Below, in pieces: positions 25,186 through 36,757 of a DNA stretch of 64,000 bases. Every line of letters begins with the position of its first letter. Position 1 is the stretch's first letter. The position numbers and the translations under genes were made by a program. The notes below the pieces were generated by a model, which had not been told where the DNA came from, searched no databases, and saw only the letters and a program-made list of their open reading frames with translations. This DNA comes from a bacterium (GTDB taxonomy: Bacteria > SAR324 > NAC60-12): positions 736,001 to 800,000 of the forward strand of contig CBDDTI010000746.1 in NCBI GenBank assembly GCA_965233585.1, read 5' to 3'.

Positions 25186-27858
25186 TCAGCTTTGCATGAA
25201 GCTGCGTAGGACAGTGTGGAGGATTCCACCATTTTTGTAATAATGAATTTCCACAGGCGTATCAAGCCGACACAAGACTGGAATTTCGCGTTCATTGACT
25301 TTGAGAGTCAGTTGCTGTTGTGGTTGAATGTTGTCATCAATTCCTAGCACTGAAAAAGATTCTGTTCCTGTCAAGCCAAGTGATTCTGCTGAATCACCCT
25401 GTAAAAATTGCAAAGGTAAAACGCCCATGCCAATTAAATTAGAACGATGAATCCGCTCGTAACTGATGGCAAGCACTGCCTTGACTCCCAGTAAAAACGT
25501 CCCTTTTGCCGCCCAGTCTCTTGAGGAACCCGTCCCATATTCAGCACCTGCTAAAACAATGAGAGGAACGCCTTCATCGTGGTAACGCATGGCAGCATCG
25601 TAAATAGACATTTGTTGGTCGCTGGTCAAGTGCTTGGTGAAGCCTCCCTCTTTTTCAGGAGTGAGCTGATTCCTGATTCTCACATTGGCAAAAGTCCCCC
25701 GTGTCATCACACGATCATTGCCACGTCTTGAACCATAAGAGTTAAAATCTTTTTGTTCTACTCCTTGTTCCAAAAGATACCTTCCTGCTGGGGTATCAGG
25801 GGCAAAAGAACCTGCTGGCGAAATATGGTCAGTTGTGACAGAGTCCCCTAATTTTGCCAAAACTAGGGCATCTTTGATCTCTTGCAATGGCTTGACTTCA
25901 GAGCTTAAACCTGTAAAGAATGGAGGGTTTTGAATGTAGGTTGATTGTTCGTCCCATTGATAAAGTTCACCCGATTTGGTCTCAATTTGATTCCAGAGTT
26001 TTGAACTGTTGCCCACGTCTTCGTAACGTTTTTGGTAAAGGTCAGGAGAGATGAGAGCAACAGCCTCTTGAATTTCTTGATTGGAAGGCCAGATGTCTTT
26101 GAGATAGACAGGGTTGCCATGAGAATCATCGCCCAATGGTTCTGTCTCTAAATCTAGGTCAACAGTTCCCGCAATGCTATATGCAACAACTAAAGGAGGG
26201 CTAGCAAGGTAGTTTGCTTTGACGTGGGGGCTGATTCTGCCTTCAAAGTTACGATTACCTGACAGCACTGCAGCCACGGTCAAGTTTTTCTCCTTGATGG
26301 CATCAACGATGGGGGCATCTAATGGACCAGAATTTCCAATACAAGTCGTGCAGCCGTATCCCACAGTATGAAACCGCAATGTTTCAAGGAAGGGAGCAAG
26401 TCCTGCTCTTTCAAGATAATCTGTCACCACGCGTGACCCCGGTGCAAGTGATGTCTTCACCCACCACTTAGTAGACAAACCCTTTTCTACTGCTTTTTTA
26501 GCCAGCAAGCCTGCGGCAATCATCACAGAAGGATTGCTTGTATTGGTGCATGAAGTAATAGAGGCAATCACCACCGAACCATGCTTTAAAGACCCCCCAT
26601 GTTGCCAGTGGATTGGGGACTCTTCTTGTTGTCTTTCTTCAGGAATGGCAAAGCCCCGTTCTTCAATGGGAGCAGAAAGCGATTGCTTCCATGCTTTTTT
26701 CATATCTACTAAAGTGATTCTATCTTGGGGGCGTTTAGGTCCTGCAAGTGCTGGTTGAATGGTGTTTAAATCCAGCGTGACGGTGTCAGAAAATTGAGCC
26801 TCTGGGGTTTCTTTAGTTCTGAACATACCTTGTTCTTTGGTGTAACGTTCTACTCGTTGCACCAGTTCATCAGGGCGTCCTGTCTCTTTCAAATACTGCA
26901 AACTTTTTTCATCAATAGGAAAGAATCCCATTGTCGCTCCATACTCGGGAGCCATGTTGGCAATGGTTGCACGGTCTGCAAGGTTTAGGGAGTCCAGACC
27001 ATTTCCATAAAACTCTACAAATTTCTCAACTACTCCTTTTTTTCTCAAAATTTCTACAATACGAAGCACAAGGTCAGTGGCAGTGACTCCAGTTGGCAAT
27101 GACCCTTCTAGCTGAAAGCCAACCACTTGAGGTGTCAGCATTCCCACAGGTTGCCCGAGCATCACCGATTCTGCTTCAATTCCACCAACTCCCCAGCCCA
27201 AAATGCCAAGACCGTTGATCATTGTCGTATGGGAATCAGTACCAACCACAGTATCAGGAAAACACACTCCATCTCTCAACTGCACTACTTCGGCAAGGTA
27301 TTCTAAATTCACCTGATGAATGATACCAATCCCTGGTGGAACAACTCGGAAGTTTTGAAACGCCTGCTGAGCCCATTTCAACAATTCATATCGCTCATGG
27401 TTTCTCATAAATTCTTTTTGCATGTTCTGGTCTAATGCTTTGGTATGACCAAAAAAATCAACTTGCACAGAATGGTCTATCACTAAATCTACTGGCACAC
27501 GTGGGTTGATGACAGCAGGATTCCCCCCGATTTTGTGCATACATTCCCGCAGCGATGCCAAATCCACTACGGCAGGGACACCTGTAAAATCTTGCAACAC
27601 CACACGGGTTGGCTTAAATGGCATCTCTTGACTTGGGCTTGAATCACCCCAGTTGGCGAGGCTTTCTACATCTTCAGGAAAGACTTGAAAATCGTCAACA
27701 TTACGCAATAACTGCTCCAGTAACACTTTGATAGAAAAAGGTAGGCGATTGACATGCCCTACTCCGCCTTTTTCAAGTTGGTCTAATCTGTAAATTTTGG
27801 CTTGTCCTGTTCCTGTTTCAAACTTTCTACACGACCCAAAAACGTTGTCTTGTCTCAT
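25186..27858 (-). CDS. acnA: Aconitate hydratase A
   Basis: [65 protein letters not shown]. Confidence 0.98.
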   Translation of the reverse strand: MRQDNVFGSCRKFETGTGQAKIYRLDQLEKGGVGHVNRLPFSIKVLLEQLLRNVDDFQVFPEDVESLANWGDSSPSQEMPFKPTRVVLQDFTGVPAVVDLASLRECMHKIGGNPAVINPRVPVDLVIDHSVQVDFFGHTKALDQNMQKEFMRNHERYELLKWAQQAFQNFRVVPPGIGIIHQVNLEYLAEVVQLRDGVCFPDTVVGTDSHTTMINGLGILGWGVGGIEAESVMLGQPVGMLTPQVVGFQLEGSLPTGVTATDLVLRIVEILRKKGVVEKFVEFYGNGLDSLNLADRATIANMAPEYGATMGFFPIDEKSLQYLKETGRPDELVQRVERYTKEQGMFRTKETPEAQFSDTVTLDLNTIQPALAGPKRPQDRITLVDMKKAWKQSLSAPIEERGFAIPEERQQEESPIHWQHGGSLKHGSVVIASITSCTNTSNPSVMIAAGLLAKKAVEKGLSTKWWVKTSLAPGSRVVTDYLERAGLAPFLETLRFHTVGYGCTTCIGNSGPLDAPIVDAIKEKNLTVAAVLSGNRNFEGRISPHVKANYLASPPLVVAYSIAGTVDLDLETEPLGDDSHGNPVYLKDIWPSNQEIQEAVALISPDLYQKRYEDVGNSSKLWNQIETKSGELYQWDEQSTYIQNPPFFTGLSSEVKPLQEIKDALVLAKLGDSVTTDHISPAGSFAPDTPAGRYLLEQGVEQKDFNSYGSRRGNDRVMTRGTFANVRIRNQLTPEKEGGFTKHLTSDQQMSIYDAAMRYHDEGVPLIVLAGAEYGTGSSRDWAAKGTFLLGVKAVLAISYERIHRSNLIGMGVLPLQFLQGDSAESLGLTGTESFSVLGIDDNIQPQQQLTLKVNEREIPVLCRLDTPVEIHYYKNGGILHTVLRSFMQS

Positions 27859-28115
27859 AATATCTTCCTTAGAGTAAATGACTATATTGATTTGATAGGA
27901 GCTTGTTATTCTGACATGAATTGAGTTTTTTGAAAATTCCTAACACACAGAAAGGGTAGATTTGATTAAAAAATCACAAAATTGTGCATATTTGTATTGA
28001 CTCATTTGTGAGTTTGCTTAATCCTATTACGTCATTGCTGTGTTTTATGGCAATGAGGGGAAAAGAGCATGTTGCTTTTTTTCTAATCATTTAACTAATT
28101 TTTAACAGGAGTATT

Positions 28116-28565
28116 ATGAAAAAAATTATACTGGCGGCACTACTTCCATTTGGAATCTCTTTTGTCAACACTGCATTTGCAGCAGAATGTGAAGTCGTTG
28201 TTGAAGGCAATGACATCATGCAATTCAGCACGAAGCAAATTTCAGTTCCTTCCAGTTGCGAAAACTTCAAAGTGACTTTGAAGCATGTAGGACAACTACC
28301 CAAAGCGGCTATGGGACACAATATTGTAGTGAGCAAGAAAGCAGATGCGGCTGCTGTCGCAGGCGCCGCCATAGGAGCAGGGCTTGCCAAAGAGTATGTC
28401 CCCCAAGATGGTAAAGTGATTGCTGCAACCAAACTGGTTGGAGGTGGTGAAACTGCATCAACCACCATTGACGTCTCCAAATTACAAAAAGGAGAAAGCT
28501 ACTTGTTTTATTGCACTTTCCCAGGTCATTTTGCCATCATGCAAGGTGCTTTGACCCTAAATTAA
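28116..28565 (+). CDS. azu: Azurin (type 1 blue copper protein)
   Basis: Signal peptide, AEC...C disulfide pair, MGHN and CTFPGH...M copper ligands. Confidence 0.95.
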   Translation: MKKIILAALLPFGISFVNTAFAAECEVVVEGNDIMQFSTKQISVPSSCENFKVTLKHVGQLPKAAMGHNIVVSKKADAAAVAGAAIGAGLAKEYVPQDGKVIAATKLVGGGETASTTIDVSKLQKGESYLFYCTFPGHFAIMQGALTLN

Positions 28566-28574
28566 TTGGTGAAT

Positions 28575-28604
28575 TGGGGTTTTTTTGAAACAAAAAGCCC
28601 CAAA
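28575..28604 (+). terminator. Hairpin between azurin and sodN
   Basis: TTGGGGTTTTTT...AAAAAGCCCCAA inverted repeat. Confidence 0.45.
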
Positions 28605-28646
28605 GAATTTTCTTTTCATTTCTTATTTCTTCATTGTGAAAAAGCC

Positions 28647-29159
28647 ATGATTCAAAATATATTTTACAAACTTCTTTCAGCGGTTGACCGTTTGCAACCT
28701 TTTGAAAGGGCATCAGCCCATTGTGATGTCCCTTGTGGAATCTATGACCCTTCTACTGCACAAATTTCTGCACTGACTGTGATTCGTATGATTGACCTCA
28801 TCAAAAGTGCAGAAGCTGAAGGTGGAGAAAAAGATGCGTCTTACTTTCATACATTGTCCCGTAGAGTTGCAGAAAAAGAACGACATGCGGCTCAATGTAA
28901 AGAAGAGGTTCGCATCATTTGGGGTGATTATTTCAAAGCTCCACAAATTGAAGCACACCCTTCTATTCACGAAAAGGTGCATGCCATCATGCTGCTGGGG
29001 TCCAAAGCTAGGCAAACTCTTGACAAAGATGCTGCTCTTCAGTTGCTTGAAAAAGTCAATGAATTTGCAGAGATCTTTTGGCAAACCAAAGGAGTCAAAA
29101 CGAAAAGGGCGATTTGTCCTTATGAACCAAAACAAGAGGTTGTTTATCCTGATTTATAG
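28647..29159 (+). CDS. sodN: Nickel superoxide dismutase
   Basis: Ni-hook HCDVPCGIYDP after a leader peptide; start reassigned to ATG 28647. Confidence 0.96.
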   Translation: MIQNIFYKLLSAVDRLQPFERASAHCDVPCGIYDPSTAQISALTVIRMIDLIKSAEAEGGEKDASYFHTLSRRVAEKERHAAQCKEEVRIIWGDYFKAPQIEAHPSIHEKVHAIMLLGSKARQTLDKDAALQLLEKVNEFAEIFWQTKGVKTKRAICPYEPKQEVVYPDL

Positions 29160-29162
29160 CCG

Positions 29163-29450
29163 ATGCTTCGGATTGTTCGTGTGCAAGGTTCTAGCATGGA
29201 GCCTCATTATCACAATGGCGATTTTGTGATTGTGGGCAAAATGCGTTGGTTCCCAATACGGATAGGACAGGCTGTTGTGTTTTGGTCTCCAAGTCTTGGA
29301 TTCCTGATTAAGAAGTTAATTCAAGTGAGTGATGACGGCTTTTATGTAGAAGGCACGAATCCCCAAAGTTTGACTTCTCAACAAATAGGACTGATTCCGC
29401 ATCAAGACATGCTGGGAAGAGTCCTTTTTCAAATTTCTTTAAAAACTTAA
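29163..29450 (+). CDS. sodX: NiSOD maturation protease (S26 family)
   Basis: VQGSSMEP catalytic Ser motif, LIKK, EGTNP; adjacent to sodN. Confidence 0.88.
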   Translation: MLRIVRVQGSSMEPHYHNGDFVIVGKMRWFPIRIGQAVVFWSPSLGFLIKKLIQVSDDGFYVEGTNPQSLTSQQIGLIPHQDMLGRVLFQISLKT

Positions 29451-29475
29451 TCTTAAAATAAAATTGGAGTTCGTT

Positions 29476-29679
29476 ATGATTCGTTCGTTCGTCTTTGTAT
29501 CCCTTGCCCTTCTTCCTGTACAAGTCTTGGCTCACCCCGTTTCGGAGGCAGGTTTTCTACATTATCTACTAGAAGCAGATCACTTGCTGGTGGCTCTTTT
29601 AGTCAGTGCTTTAGTTGTGAAATGTGGTCAAGCGTTGATACCATCATTGATGAAGAAAAAAGACAAAGAAAATCGCTGA
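29476..29679 (+). CDS. Small HupE/UreJ-like protein (signal peptide plus first TM segment only)
   Basis: LAHP...GFLH...DHLL matches the HupE/UreJ N-terminus; 67 aa. Confidence 0.55.
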   Translation: MIRSFVFVSLALLPVQVLAHPVSEAGFLHYLLEADHLLVALLVSALVVKCGQALIPSLMKKKDKENR

Positions 29680-29710
29680 AAAGCTAAAAACTTGGTCATT
29701 GGTCTTTTGG

Positions 29711-29730
29711 GTGTGCCTCCGATGGCACAC
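29711..29730. terminator. Hairpin between convergent genes
   Basis: GTGTGCC-TCCGAT-GGCACAC. Confidence 0.45.
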
Positions 29731-29764
29731 TTCAAAGGCAGTGTTTCTAAATCAATTCTCTGCT

Positions 29765-30358
29765 CTAAATGAGTTCTCTTCGTCCGCTAAATGCCTCAAT
29801 CAATGTGATGTCATCGGCATATTCCAGCTCTCCTCCAGACGGCAACCCTCTTGCCAACCTTGAAAGTGTGACGTCAAACTTTTCCAAATAGTCCTTTAAA
29901 AACAATGCTGTTGCCTCTCCTGACACTGTGGAATTTGTTGCCAGAATGACCTCTTTGACCGATTTGAGACGTGCATCTAGTTGGGAAATGGTCAACTGTT
30001 CTGCTCCAATGCCATCTAAAGGAGAAATAGCTCCCATCAGCACATGGTAGCGTCCGCGATAGGCATTGCTTTTTTCAATGGAAAAAATATTGTGAGGTTG
30101 TTCTACGATGCACAACAATTCATCTCGTCGCGAAGGGTCGTTGCAAATACCACAAAGGTCTTGTTCTGTGAAGGCATAGCATTGTGAACAAAAGCGGACT
30201 TTCTGTTTGACTGCAAGAATGGCATCAGCCAGACGTGCAGAGTCTTCTGGGGTGTCTCTCAAAACTTTCAATGCTAACCTTTGAGCCGTACGCCTTCCGA
30301 CACTTGGCAGTTTAGAAAATTCTTGTATGAGTCTTTCTAGCGAGGGTGGAAATTCCAT
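29765..30358 (-). CDS. recR: Recombination mediator RecR
   Basis: LPSVGRRTAQRL HhH, C4 zinc finger, YRGRYHVLMGAISPLDG, EVILATN. Confidence 0.97.
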   Translation of the reverse strand: MEFPPSLERLIQEFSKLPSVGRRTAQRLALKVLRDTPEDSARLADAILAVKQKVRFCSQCYAFTEQDLCGICNDPSRRDELLCIVEQPHNIFSIEKSNAYRGRYHVLMGAISPLDGIGAEQLTISQLDARLKSVKEVILATNSTVSGEATALFLKDYLEKFDVTLSRLARGLPSGGELEYADDITLIEAFSGRRELI

Positions 30359-30466
30359 AATCAAAAAAATAGAAAATTTTAAAATAGACCTCCTAAAATT
30401 GAAAGGTCTTGGCAAGAGATTCAAAATCAACATATTCCAACCAACCATCACTAGATTGCAATAAGT

Positions 30467-32383
30467 TTAGAAATAATGATGCAATGCCAGCCCTATCTCT
30501 CCATCGGTAAGTTTTCCAGCCATAGATTCATTTTTCCATTCCAGACGCATTTCCCAAAGTCTTGTCAAACTCCATGAGTTGTTGAAAAAAACTTTCTGTC
30601 TGCGGATAGAATCACCAATCCATGAGTGATGCCATGTTGAGCCAAGCTCAAACTTCCAATTTTGCAAGGGATTAGCAAGAAGTCCTATTTGAGGGAATGC
30701 ACCTGCAATCAGCTGGTCTTGAAAAGATTGATGCTGCCATAAGAACGCACCTGCCATGAAATAAACCTCCATTCTTTGAGCCGTTTCAAAGGTCAATGTT
30801 TTACCAAAGCCTCCTTCAAATTTTTTTACGTGGTTCAAAGTTTGGTCGGTCTCTAATCCCAAACGAAAACCCCATGCCCACTTGGCAAAAAAGGGAAGTG
30901 CCAGCGACGCACCATTCAATGCCCTCACTCTAATCAAATCTAACTGGTGCAGTTTGACTTCGTCATCAGCTGTTCTCAACCTCAAGTCCAAAGTCACCAA
31001 ATCTGCATCAAACACACGTCCAATGTCTAAGCCTAAAACATCATGGTAAGACGTCCAAATGCCTAATTCTGTGAAAGATTCCTTTGAGTTGTTTTGGAAT
31101 TGGGCAAGACGTAGGCGATGAGGAGGAGAGCCTTGCGTGGGAGGGCGAAGACGGAACGGAGCAAGTGGTTTTTCAGCAGGAAGCTGGCTTCTCATTTGAA
31201 GCAGTTGAATCCTTTGCTGTTTGGAAAGTAAAGGAGAATCATTTGCTTTTCTGTATTGATGGTAATCAAGGAGCAGGTCAAGAGATTCTGCTTGTTCTTC
31301 ATCGGTTGCTTTTTGAAAAAGTGGGTCATTCCAGCTGTCTGGGGATTCTGCGAGTGTTGAAAACAAAAGGCGTGCAGTAGGCGAGGCTTGCGAGAGACGT
31401 TGTAATAGTTTTCTTTCACGGGAGGGAATCAATCTAATGTTGGAGACAAGAGGTTTTGTTTGGTCTGATGTTTTCATTGTGGCAAGTGATTCAAACACTT
31501 CCAGAGGCATGAGCCAAAGCTGATGTTCCTGTGTCAAACTTGGTGTGTCCCATGCCATTTCCAAAAGTTCTGCCAGCCTGTATGCACAATTTTCTTTAAA
31601 AAAGAAGTAATCAAATTCTCCATTCAAAAGAAGTTCCCAAGCATGAGAGACGACACGCATCATTTCATACTTCGTCAAACGCAGCTCATATTCCCATAAA
31701 TCCCGCAACTCTGATTCACCATAAAGATTAGAAAAGTTATAAAACCGCTCATCTGCAAGGCGTCCTTTGTATGCACCAAAAACTCCCTTCAACGCATAAG
31801 ACAAGACACCATCATCTGGAGAAATCAATGCACCAAAATTCAGTGTTGGGGAAAGCAGAGGGTGTCCAAAGATTCCACTGGTGTAATTCAGTCTCATTAA
31901 AAGATGACCATAGATAGATGCAGGATTGCCCATGTAAGAAGAGGCAAAGATCATGCTGATTGAACCCAAACTTTCCAAATTTGCCCACTTTTCAAAGGCT
32001 TCACAAGGTGTCTGCAAAGATTCTTTGAGTTGAGGCAAAGACATTTTGAGCCATTCAAAACGTGCAGGGAAGAGGCATTGAGGACGTTGGTCGCCTTGTG
32101 AGTCGCTTGACCAAAAGGCTCTGATAGTGGCTTCTAACTCTTGTTGTGCAGAAAGGTGTCCTTGTGCAGAGAAAAAGAATTGAGCATTTGTAATTTCACT
32201 TCGGTCGCCTTGATAATGCAAAAGGCGTCTCCAGTAAGGGTGTGATGACAGATTGAAACGTCTGGCTTGCTGAATCGTTTGTTTTTCTAATAAATCAGTT
32301 TTTCTGGATTCTTTTGCAAAAACAAAATCATTAGAAGTGATAACAATCAAGGAGATTGCCATCAGGACAAAAGTGAACTTCAT
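30467..32383 (-). CDS. DUF4105 / Lnb N-terminal domain outer-membrane protein
   Basis: [36 protein letters not shown]-terminal aromatic beta-strand. Confidence 0.8.
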   Translation of the reverse strand: MKFTFVLMAISLIVITSNDFVFAKESRKTDLLEKQTIQQARRFNLSSHPYWRRLLHYQGDRSEITNAQFFFSAQGHLSAQQELEATIRAFWSSDSQGDQRPQCLFPARFEWLKMSLPQLKESLQTPCEAFEKWANLESLGSISMIFASSYMGNPASIYGHLLMRLNYTSGIFGHPLLSPTLNFGALISPDDGVLSYALKGVFGAYKGRLADERFYNFSNLYGESELRDLWEYELRLTKYEMMRVVSHAWELLLNGEFDYFFFKENCAYRLAELLEMAWDTPSLTQEHQLWLMPLEVFESLATMKTSDQTKPLVSNIRLIPSRERKLLQRLSQASPTARLLFSTLAESPDSWNDPLFQKATDEEQAESLDLLLDYHQYRKANDSPLLSKQQRIQLLQMRSQLPAEKPLAPFRLRPPTQGSPPHRLRLAQFQNNSKESFTELGIWTSYHDVLGLDIGRVFDADLVTLDLRLRTADDEVKLHQLDLIRVRALNGASLALPFFAKWAWGFRLGLETDQTLNHVKKFEGGFGKTLTFETAQRMEVYFMAGAFLWQHQSFQDQLIAGAFPQIGLLANPLQNWKFELGSTWHHSWIGDSIRRQKVFFNNSWSLTRLWEMRLEWKNESMAGKLTDGEIGLALHHYF

Positions 32384-33264
32384 GCAATGTTTTGACTCAA
32401 GGGAAAGCCAAGCCGTTGACGTTCATCAAAATAGAGTTTTGCCGCACGTTGGGTCAGTTTGCGTATTCTTGAGATGTAGGCGGCACGTTCTGAAACTGAA
32501 ATTGCCCCTGCTGCATCAAGCAGGTTAAAAGTATGTGAACATTTGAGAATGTAATCATAAGCAGGGACGACTACTTCAGCATCCAAACACTGTTTGGCTT
32601 CTTGTTCATAGGCAATGAATCTGTCAAAGAGCTGTTCTGGCTGGCAGATGTCAAAAGTATATTTAGAATGCTCAAACTCTTGCTGTTTAAAAACTGCTTC
32701 ATATGAGACACCTTGAACAACCTCTAAATCAAAGACATTTTCTTTGTTCTGCAAATACAAGGCAATTCTTTCTAAACCGTAAGTGAGTTCCACAGAAACA
32801 GGCTGGCACTCTAATCCTCCGACTTGTTGAAAATAGGTATATTGCGTCACTTCCATTCCATCAAGCCAGACCTCCCAGCCCACGCCCCATGCCCCAAGAG
32901 TTGGAGCCTCCCAGTTGTCCTCTACAAAACGAATGTCATGGTCTTCTGCAGAAATTCCAAGGCAACGAAGAGACTGCAAATAAAGTTGTTGAGAGTCTTG
33001 AGGTGAAGGCTTCAATAAAACTTGGTATTGGTGATGTTTATAAAGGCGGTTTGGATTCTTTCCGTAGCGTCCATCAACAGGTCTTCGTGAGGGTTCAACA
33101 TAAGCAACTTTCCAAGGTTCTGGACCAATAGCAGCCAAGCAAGTTGCAGGGTTCATTGTCCCTGCCCCTGTTTCTACATCGTAAGGATTGGCAAGTAAAC
33201 AGCCTTGATTTGACCAAAATTGATTTAGGGCTTGGATAATGTCTTGCAAAAAATAAACTGCCAT
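32380..33264 (-). CDS. glyQ: Glycine--tRNA ligase alpha subunit
   Basis: [39 protein letters not shown]. Confidence 0.97.
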   Translation of the reverse strand: MAVYFLQDIIQALNQFWSNQGCLLANPYDVETGAGTMNPATCLAAIGPEPWKVAYVEPSRRPVDGRYGKNPNRLYKHHQYQVLLKPSPQDSQQLYLQSLRCLGISAEDHDIRFVEDNWEAPTLGAWGVGWEVWLDGMEVTQYTYFQQVGGLECQPVSVELTYGLERIALYLQNKENVFDLEVVQGVSYEAVFKQQEFEHSKYTFDICQPEQLFDRFIAYEQEAKQCLDAEVVVPAYDYILKCSHTFNLLDAAGAISVSERAAYISRIRKLTQRAAKLYFDERQRLGFPLSQNIA

Positions 33265-33274
33265 GCCTCTAACT

Positions 33275-34258
33275 CTATGCCGTTTCTGACTCAATCTTAC
33301 GTTTCAAAAATGAAAACCAAGTACTACGCATTGTAAACAAAGCACGATCCAGCACGTACATTGACGAATTTCCATCTTCATAAAGGTCTTTTAAGGCTTG
33401 CAGCGACTTGATATTGCCATCTGCCACAATGGGCTTTGGCGTATTTTGACGAATGAGAGCCAGCAGGTTGTCTTCAGATTTATCAAATTTATTCATAATG
33501 TAGGGCATAAAAGGGTGGAAGATGTCTAACCCTGCTTGGTCTAACAGACTGACAATTTCAGGAATATCTTGATCTGTAACGCCTTCTTCCAGCTTTTCAT
33601 AGAGTGAAAAATGATAGCTAATCGGGACTTCTGGAGACACTCTTTCTCTGATGGCTTGAATGATCTCACACACAAAACGAAAGCGGTCTTGGAGCGTTTT
33701 ACAACCATATTCATCATCGCGGAGGTTATAACGAGATGAAATACATTGGTCTAGCAAAAGTTGCTGTGTGCCATTGAGTTCTATGAAGTCTGCACCTGCC
33801 TCTTCCGCACGTTCTGCTGCATGCACAAAAAACATGATAATCTCTTGACGATCGCTTGCATCAAATTCCCGACTACTGCTGTATTCTTTGCTGATGTTGA
33901 TGCGAGAAGGGGCAACTGGCTCTTCTCCGCAGATGTCTTCTGTGGTCTTCGCACCTGCATGGCTGAGACTCACTCCGACTGATGCTCCTTCTCTTTTGAG
34001 TGCTTTGATGAGGACTGCTAACTTCGCTAAATGTTGTTCGCTAGAGAGTCCAAGCTGGTGCATATCCGAGCTTCCTTGTTTCATCACATAAGCAGACTCT
34101 AACATGACAAGACCTGCTCCTTGAATGGCACGTTCGCGATAATGCCGAGTCATTGCAGGAATTGCTAACCCTTTTTTATCTGCTTGGTTTTCTTTGATAG
34201 CTGGAACAATGAGACGATTGCGGAAGGAAGCCCCCCCGATTTCAAATTTTTGAAACAT
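33275..34258 (-). CDS. NADH:flavin oxidoreductase (Old Yellow Enzyme) family protein with atypical active site
   Basis: [39 protein letters not shown]. Confidence 0.8.
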   Translation of the reverse strand: MFQKFEIGGASFRNRLIVPAIKENQADKKGLAIPAMTRHYRERAIQGAGLVMLESAYVMKQGSSDMHQLGLSSEQHLAKLAVLIKALKREGASVGVSLSHAGAKTTEDICGEEPVAPSRINISKEYSSSREFDASDRQEIIMFFVHAAERAEEAGADFIELNGTQQLLLDQCISSRYNLRDDEYGCKTLQDRFRFVCEIIQAIRERVSPEVPISYHFSLYEKLEEGVTDQDIPEIVSLLDQAGLDIFHPFMPYIMNKFDKSEDNLLALIRQNTPKPIVADGNIKSLQALKDLYEDGNSSMYVLDRALFTMRSTWFSFLKRKIESETA

Positions 34259-34550
34259 GATGAAATGTTGTGCTAAATCAGGTCATTAAGGAATTGAAAA
34301 GCTGATAGTCTAGCATGAAAAATGTGAATTGTTAAAGATTGACAAAAATTGTTAAAGATTGTTGGGAGTCCATGCCATGCCTGATGATAGATGACGTCTC
34401 AAGTCAAATGCAGAACCTGTCTTTCTGCCTATTTTTAAGCAGTGTTTTGAAAAATGCGTTTCTTTCTTTTCCTAAATATTATAGACTTGTAGCCGTTATT
34501 CAGTTTAGTTTTTTTCTCTTCCACCTTCTAATCCTGCCTGTTAGGCAAAG

Positions 34551-36287
34551 ATGCTATCCACTCGCAAAAAAGCTGTTAGAAAGTTTCAACCACATAAAGA
34601 AATTGACAAGCAAGTGTTTGTTTGTCAGTTATTGAGAGGCAAGCAAGTCACTTTGGCATTGCCTATCGCCAAGCAATCGGGGGTCTCTTCTATTGTGATT
34701 CCCAAAAGACATGACCTGTTGCACGCAAAAAACCAAGACTATGTGCAAGTGAGGTTGCTGAGAAGTCAGAAGAAGAGTAGAGATGTCTATGGTAAAGTTG
34801 AGCAAATTTTAGAGGGCGCTTCACCAGAAGGCTTGGCAATAGAGGCAATGTTAAGTCATAGAGAAGTGCGGAGAACTTTCCCTAAGGCTGTTCTGAAGGA
34901 AGCAGGGCAATTTTCATCGCGTGTGGCTCTTAAGGAAGGAAGAAAAGATTTGCGAGCGTTGCCTTTTGTAACGATTGATGGTTGCAATGCCAAAGATTTT
35001 GACGATGCCGTTTTTGTAGAAAAACAGGAGTCAGGTTGGCAAGTCTATGTGTCTATTGCAGACGTTGCCCATTACACCAAACCTCATTGTGAAATTGACA
35101 AGGAAGCGTACCTGCGGGGGACAAGTACCTATTTGCCCCAATTTGCAATCCCCATGCTACCTGAAAAATTAGCGAATGACCTTTGCAGTTTGCGACCTCA
35201 TGTCAATCGGTTGACCTTGACCTGTCAAATGGAACTTGATGCAAAGGGTTTTTTGAAGTCCACACAAATTTATGAGAGTGTGATTTATAGCTATGGGAGG
35301 TTGACCTATCAGCAAGTAGATCAGCTGTTTCAAGGCAACCCGAAGGCAGTACGTTCCGAACAAGTTGCAGATTTATTGCATACCATGAACGAGCTGACCG
35401 ACACTTTAATCCAGAAACGAAAAGAACGCGGAACATTGCAATTTGAGTTTGCTGAATATGTGCCTTTCTTTGAAGAACAGCAATTTGCACGATTCCAAAA
35501 ACAACCTCCTTCTCGTTCTATGAAACTCATTGAAAACTTGATGCTAGAAGCCAATGAGGCAGTCGCTCAGTACTGTCTTCAACACAAGTTGCCTGTGCTT
35601 TACCGAATCCATCAGTTTCCAAGCCAAGCTAAGCTGGGAAGACTTCACTCTATACAAGAACTCACTCAATTTGAATCCTCTCCGATTGAATCGCACCAGC
35701 AGATCAATCAACTGCTTAACCATGTCTCCAGAAGTGTCTATGACAAACAGACGCAGCTGACCTTGCTTAAAGCCATGCCTCTTGCATCTTATCACCCTAA
35801 AAATCAAGGGCATTTTGGACTGTCAGCAAAATTTTACACCCATTTCACGTCCCCTATCAGGCGTTATCCAGACTTGATTGTGCATCGTGCTATCAAGGCG
35901 CATCTAGCACAAACTCAACAAACTCAACTCCCTGCTGATGCTGGGGACGTGCTTTCACAACGGGAACGTTTTGCTGAGAGTGTGGAACGTGAAAGTCTAG
36001 CGATTTTAAAGCTGGCGTACTTTCAGAAGTATCTTGGACAAATTTTGGTTGGACAGGTTTGTGCAGTAGAGAATGGAGGGATTTTGTTGGAGTTTTTAGA
36101 GCTAGAATTGGAGTATTTTTTACCTCTACGTTTTTTGATTGATGATTTTTATTTGTATGATGAAAGTCAATTTTTGATGATAGGACAAGATTTAAGCAGG
36201 AAGATTACGCTTGGCAAACGTCTCAAGTTGCTGGTGAAATCAGTCAATCTTTTTCAGCAAACACTTCAACTGAAATGGGTGAAATGA
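34551..36287 (+). CDS. rnr: RNase R/RNase II family exoribonuclease
   Basis: TIDG..AKDFDDA, IADV, HFGL, THFTSPIRRYPD, C-terminal S1. Confidence 0.88.
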   Translation: MLSTRKKAVRKFQPHKEIDKQVFVCQLLRGKQVTLALPIAKQSGVSSIVIPKRHDLLHAKNQDYVQVRLLRSQKKSRDVYGKVEQILEGASPEGLAIEAMLSHREVRRTFPKAVLKEAGQFSSRVALKEGRKDLRALPFVTIDGCNAKDFDDAVFVEKQESGWQVYVSIADVAHYTKPHCEIDKEAYLRGTSTYLPQFAIPMLPEKLANDLCSLRPHVNRLTLTCQMELDAKGFLKSTQIYESVIYSYGRLTYQQVDQLFQGNPKAVRSEQVADLLHTMNELTDTLIQKRKERGTLQFEFAEYVPFFEEQQFARFQKQPPSRSMKLIENLMLEANEAVAQYCLQHKLPVLYRIHQFPSQAKLGRLHSIQELTQFESSPIESHQQINQLLNHVSRSVYDKQTQLTLLKAMPLASYHPKNQGHFGLSAKFYTHFTSPIRRYPDLIVHRAIKAHLAQTQQTQLPADAGDVLSQRERFAESVERESLAILKLAYFQKYLGQILVGQVCAVENGGILLEFLELELEYFLPLRFLIDDFYLYDESQFLMIGQDLSRKITLGKRLKLLVKSVNLFQQTLQLKWVK

Positions 36288-36757
36288 GAACGCTTACTAC
36301 AAGAGAACTTGTTTTGCTTGGCGTGATGATTGTGTTGGCAGTGGTGTTTTTCATGATATTCAACACTCAAGGTCAACGTCCTCTTCCTGCCGCAGTGAAA
36401 CCAAAGATTGTGAACGCTGGACAGCTGGACGCACTGGAACAACAATGGCGTCAAGTAGAAAGTCAAAAACTTCCACCTCTGCTGTCAGAACCTCTTTATA
36501 TTTTTTTGGAAAAGAAAGCAGAAGAATTAGACCTAATCAAGCTGTTAGAATTGAATGAACTAGCCACCGCACCAGAGGGACAGGAAGGAGTTGGCGTAGA
36601 ACTAGACCGCATTTATTTTGACAAACTCATTGAGTTTTTGTATGCCCTTGAAAATAACAAACCTGTCATTTTGGTCAGGCAATTAGACATCACACTTGTT
36701 CCGGGGACAGATTTGCTACGGGCGTCTTTTCAAACCTACAAACAAACGAATCTCTAA
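36284..36757 (+). CDS. gspM: Type II secretion system protein M-like
   Basis: LTTRELVLL N-terminus, single TM, ferredoxin-like C-terminus (LIEFLYALEN); next to a GspN-like gene. Confidence 0.65.
   Translation: MRTLTTRELVLLGVMIVLAVVFFMIFNTQGQRPLPAAVKPKIVNAGQLDALEQQWRQVESQKLPPLLSEPLYIFLEKKAEELDLIKLLELNELATAPEGQEGVGVELDRIYFDKLIEFLYALENNKPVILVRQLDITLVPGTDLLRASFQTYKQTNL

Noticed and set aside
28091..29229. Antisense or alternate-frame ORFs over azurin and sodN (and similar ones such as 50235-50705 and 41372-41668)
   Set aside because: Shadow ORFs of well-supported genes, with no motifs.
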